Source of the DNA: an uncultured bacterium
Lineage (GTDB): Bacteria; Lernaellota; Lernaellaia; Lernaellales; Lernaellaceae
Direction: 5' to 3'
NCBI GenBank assembly: GCA_964534375.1
Contig: CAZHPN010000101.1
Location: 1 to 20,713, forward strand
Length of the DNA: 20,713 nt
The position numbers and the translations under genes were made by a program. Numbering within the stretch: position 1 is the first letter of the stretch; every line of letters begins with the position of its first letter. Below, one piece after another: positions 17,649-20,713 of this stretch. The notes under the pieces were generated by a model. The model worked only from the letters and a program-made list of their open reading frames with translations. It ran no database searches and was not told where the DNA came from.

Positions 17649-17938
17649 TCGAACGACGGGTTCCACGGTGGGATCGACCACGGTAGGGACTCAAATTGAG
17701 AGGAGCGCCTCCTGCACAAAATTGCAGCACGATAATTGGCGTTTCGAATTGACATCTCCGCGCCGAAGAGGGGACGGGGAGAGGCTGTGCCTGGCGGCAG
17801 CCAAACCCATGTTTTTCACGCAGGCGCAGCCGGCTTTTTCGCCGCCCGGGGCCGTGATACCGTCGGCCGCGTCGCCGAGCCGCCGTTCCCGTGCTGGGAC
17901 CTTGTTTGACGGTGCGGCTGGGTCAGAAGAGGTTGCGC

Positions 17939-18745
17939 TTGAACGGCGATAAGTTGCCACTCGAAGATTTGCCGAACGCGGCGCCCCCGCCCGCGAAACG
18001 CCCGGGCGCGTTGCGCGTCGCGGCGGGTTGGGCGTTTTGCGGCTGCTTGATGCTGTCGGGGCCGATCGCCCTCGCCGCCGGACAGGCGATCGTCGCGGCG
18101 GCGTTTGTCGTGGGTGCGGCGCTTTTCTGCCCGCCGTTGGCCATGGTCGTCAAGCGAAAGCATCGTTTCGTCGCCAGTTGGCCGGCGCGGCTCGCGCTGG
18201 CCGCGGCGCTCCTGAGAATCGCGATCTACGCCGAACCGCTGACGGCGCCGCGCCGGCCGCCGCCGGATTCCGCAACGGCGCAGGCATCCGCCGGCGAACA
18301 GTGGACCGATCCGGCGTCCGGGCTGACGTGGCAGGTGAATCCGACCGGCGGGTCAATGCTCTGGATCCAGGCGAAAATGCACTGTCAGCGTTTGTCGTTG
18401 GGCGGACGCCGCGACTGGCGGCTGCCGACGATTTCGGAATATCGCGGCCTGATCCGCGGCTGCCCCGCCACGCAGACCGGCGGCGCCTGCGCGGTGACGG
18501 ATTCGTGCCGGAAGGACGCGGGCTGCATGAACGAACCGTGCTTCGCCAACGAGTGCGCATTTGCGGCCGGGCCGGGCCGCGGCGGCGCCTATTGGCCGCC
18601 CGAGCTGGCGGGCGACGCCGACGCCTATTGGTCCGGCTCGCACGTCGCGGACATCGAGTACGGCGCGTGGCTGGTCGCGTTCGGCGACGGCAACATCGTC
18701 ACGGATTTCGTCGGCAACCCGAGCGCCGTGCGCTGCGTGCGGTAG
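17939..18745 (+). CDS. Membrane-anchored DUF1566 (Lcl C-terminal, CLec-like) domain protein
   Basis: WTDPASGLTWQ, LWIQAKMHCQRLSLGGRRDWRLPTISE, YWSGS, AWLVAF and VRCVR-stop, with hydrophobic N-terminal segments. Start is uncertain (TTG 17939 after AGAGG, or GTG 17891). Confidence 0.82.
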   Translation: MNGDKLPLEDLPNAAPPPAKRPGALRVAAGWAFCGCLMLSGPIALAAGQAIVAAAFVVGAALFCPPLAMVVKRKHRFVASWPARLALAAALLRIAIYAEPLTAPRRPPPDSATAQASAGEQWTDPASGLTWQVNPTGGSMLWIQAKMHCQRLSLGGRRDWRLPTISEYRGLIRGCPATQTGGACAVTDSCRKDAGCMNEPCFANECAFAAGPGRGGAYWPPELAGDADAYWSGSHVADIEYGAWLVAFGDGNIVTDFVGNPSAVRCVR

Positions 18746-18810
18746 CGGCCGCGCTGCTTTTCGCCGGCGGCGATTTGTCGTATAGCTAGGCGCATTTTTG
18801 ACGGTGGGCG

Positions 18811-20319
18811 ATGAACGAAAACACTCCGCAGCCGGCGGCTGACAAGTGGCCGCGAACGATCCTGGTCGTCGCGATTGCGGCGTTTCCGCTGGCGAAATTT
18901 CTCTTCGCGGCAATCTCCCGGATGCGTTACCCGTGGGATCTGGAGTGGCTCGAGTGCCAGTGCATGGAAATGGCCGGCCGGTTTGTGCAGGGCCTGCCGC
19001 TATACACGCCGCCGACGATCCGCCATGCGCCGCTGCCGTATTTCCCGCTGTATTTCGTCGTCACCGGGCTGCTGTACCGCGCGACGGGCGTCGTCTATTG
19101 GGCCGGGCGGCTCGTTTCCCTGGCGGCGACGGTCGCGACGGGCGCCATTGTCTTTTGGGTCGTGCGGCGCACGGTCAAACAACTGGCGCCGGCGGCGGTC
19201 GCGGCGGGTTTGTGGTTCGCGACGTACGGCTTCAGCGGCTTTTTCTCCGATTTGAATCGCGTCGATGCGCTGGCCGTGTTCTTCCTCGCGGCGGCGGCCG
19301 CGGCGGCGTTCACGCGCGCCGGCGCCGGGGCCGGCCTGGCGGCCGGCGCCTTGCTCGCCGCCTCGGCGCTGACCAAACAAAACCACCTGCTCTTTCTCGG
19401 CCCGCTCGTCCTCGTGCAACTCGTGCGCGGCGACCGGCGCGGCGCCCTCGCCGCCGCAGCGATGTTCGTCGCCCTCTTCGGCGGCGTGGCGTTGGTTTGG
19501 AACCGCGCGTCCGACGGCTGGTTGTGGCGCATGACCATGCAGTTCGTGACCTTCGGGCCGTCGCCGGTGCGCATCATCGGCTTCGCGCTCGTTTATCTGC
19601 GGCGGTTGCCCGTGCCCGGCGTGATTCTGATTTCCTGCGTCGTGCGGCTGCTGCGCCGGCGCCAATGGCGGGAACTATTCGGCGATCCGTGGCTGGTGTT
19701 CTGGGCGGCGTCGTCGGCGATCTCGCTGACGATGTTTCTCGGGCTGGGCGCGTTTTCCAATGCCGGCATGCCCGCGGCGCTCGGCGTCGCAATCGCCACC
19801 GGCATGAAGTTGCCCGATTTCGCCCGCCGGCTCGAGGCGCGCTTCGCGCGCGGCCGGGCCCGCGCCCCGCGCTGGGTGCTGCCGGCGCTCGCCGCGGCGA
19901 TCGTTTTCGCCGCGTATGTGCCGGTCGCGGGGCAGATTCCGAAGCCCGCGCAATGGACCGCGGCCGAGAAATTGCACGCCTTGATCCGCGCACAACCGGG
20001 CCCGGTGCTGATCCCGGAATTCATGTCAACGGAGCCGAACGTCGTGCCGTTTCACGAAATGAGTTACTTCGATCTGCGGGTGATCCCGCGCGACACCTGG
20101 CGCGAGCCGTGGCTCCGGCAAGTGGAAACCGACCTGCGGAACCTGCATCCGTCGATGGTCCTCGCCAGCGACGACTTTCGCAAAAACCGCCAATATCATC
20201 TCGCGGTGGCCGGCATGACCCTCGCGCCGCTGCCCGACGATCTGCGCGTGCGCACCTTCACCGGCCGCGCGGCGACGCTGACGGACGTCTTCCGGCGAGA
20301 CGCCGGCGGTGAGCAGTGA
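18811..20319 (+). CDS. Polytopic GT-C fold glycosyltransferase (ArnT/PMT-like)
   Basis: YPWDLEWLE first loop, YFPLY, GRLVSL, RVD and LTKQN motifs, many TM helices and a soluble C-terminal domain. Confidence 0.78.
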   Translation: MNENTPQPAADKWPRTILVVAIAAFPLAKFLFAAISRMRYPWDLEWLECQCMEMAGRFVQGLPLYTPPTIRHAPLPYFPLYFVVTGLLYRATGVVYWAGRLVSLAATVATGAIVFWVVRRTVKQLAPAAVAAGLWFATYGFSGFFSDLNRVDALAVFFLAAAAAAAFTRAGAGAGLAAGALLAASALTKQNHLLFLGPLVLVQLVRGDRRGALAAAAMFVALFGGVALVWNRASDGWLWRMTMQFVTFGPSPVRIIGFALVYLRRLPVPGVILISCVVRLLRRRQWRELFGDPWLVFWAASSAISLTMFLGLGAFSNAGMPAALGVAIATGMKLPDFARRLEARFARGRARAPRWVLPALAAAIVFAAYVPVAGQIPKPAQWTAAEKLHALIRAQPGPVLIPEFMSTEPNVVPFHEMSYFDLRVIPRDTWREPWLRQVETDLRNLHPSMVLASDDFRKNRQYHLAVAGMTLAPLPDDLRVRTFTGRAATLTDVFRRDAGGEQ

Positions 20320-20450
20320 GCAGTGAACAATGAACAGTGACCAATGAGCGGCGTGGCGCCGAATTCGCTTGCCGCGCTGCCGCCGCGCATTGTTCATTAT
20401 TCATTGTTCATTATTCACTGTTCATTGTTCAGCGTTCGCCGTTCACCGTT
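20307..20450. repeat. Pair of inverted 7-mer arrays (CARTGAR x6; CAYTRTT-like x9) around a 39-nt spacer
   Basis: cggtgag cagtgag cagtgaa caatgaa cagtgac caatgag (20307-20348) and cattgtt cattatt cattgtt cattatt cactgtt cattgtt cagcgtt cgccgtt caccgtt (20388-20450). Confidence 0.9.
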
Positions 20451-20453
20451 ATT

Positions 20454-20477
20454 CGCCCGCGAACGGGCGGCCTTTTT
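20454..20477 (+). terminator. Possible intrinsic terminator
   Basis: CGCCCG-CGAA-CGGGCG followed by GCC and T5. Confidence 0.45.
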
Positions 20478-20531
20478 GCCGCCGCCCGCCAGCGCGCCGG
20501 TTGGTTGCCAGTTCGCCGTCGCCGACGTCCC

Positions 20532-20695
20532 GAAACTGGAGTTCCCGAAACTGGTGCCCCGAAACTGGTGCCGGAAACTGGTGCTGCCGGAAACTGGTGC
20601 CAGCCACTTCGGAGACGACCTCCAACGCCCGCCCCCGAAACTGGTGCCAGCCGAAACTGGTGCCAGCCACTTCGGAGAAGACCTCCAACGCCCGC
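20532..20695. repeat. Cluster of seven GAAACTGG(TGCC) units including a 63-bp-period duplication
   Basis: Cores at 20532, 20547, 20561, 20574, 20590, 20637 and 20653. The 43-nt blocks 20590-20632 and 20653-20695 differ at one base. Confidence 0.92.
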
Positions 20696-20713
20696 AAAGT
20701 GGGGCGTCAGCGT

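Noticed and set aside
20532..20695. CRISPR array
   Set aside because: Spacing is irregular and mostly 13-16 nt, the long intervening sequences are near-identical rather than unique spacers, and there are no cas genes.
20449..20697. 82-aa ORF with EVAGTSF repeats
   Set aside because: It is simply the translation of the DNA repeat cluster. Most unit spacings are not multiples of three and there is no clear RBS.

Overview
High-GC bacterial chromosomal window. The Asp-rich lipoproteins and gene set suggest a deltaproteobacterial/Myxococcota-like lineage (inference only). Left half (+ strand): a cell-surface cluster of four exported proteins sharing an Asp-rich 'DDDSSPDDD' linker but carrying different heads: two 7-repeat WG-type beta-propellers, a five-module GACC Cys-rich protein and an unknown beta-rich domain. 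Interspersed are a lysophospholipase/acyl-CoA ligase pair, a truncated HicB-like remnant, a hypothetical protein coupled to a rhomboid protease, and a secreted GH57-like protein with an altered nucleophile motif. Right half: class II (B12-dependent) ribonucleotide reductase nrdJ with tandem NrdR boxes followed by dCMP deaminase, then a patatin, an HPD-less J-domain/TPR protein, a DUF1566 (CLec-fold) membrane protein and a GT-C glycosyltransferase. Several intergenic gaps hold short-period repeat arrays (7-mers starting at stop codons, 9-mers, an inverted 7-mer pair, a GAAACTGGTGCC cluster). No rRNA, tRNA, CRISPR or intact mobile element was seen. All family calls come from motifs read by eye; no searches were run.
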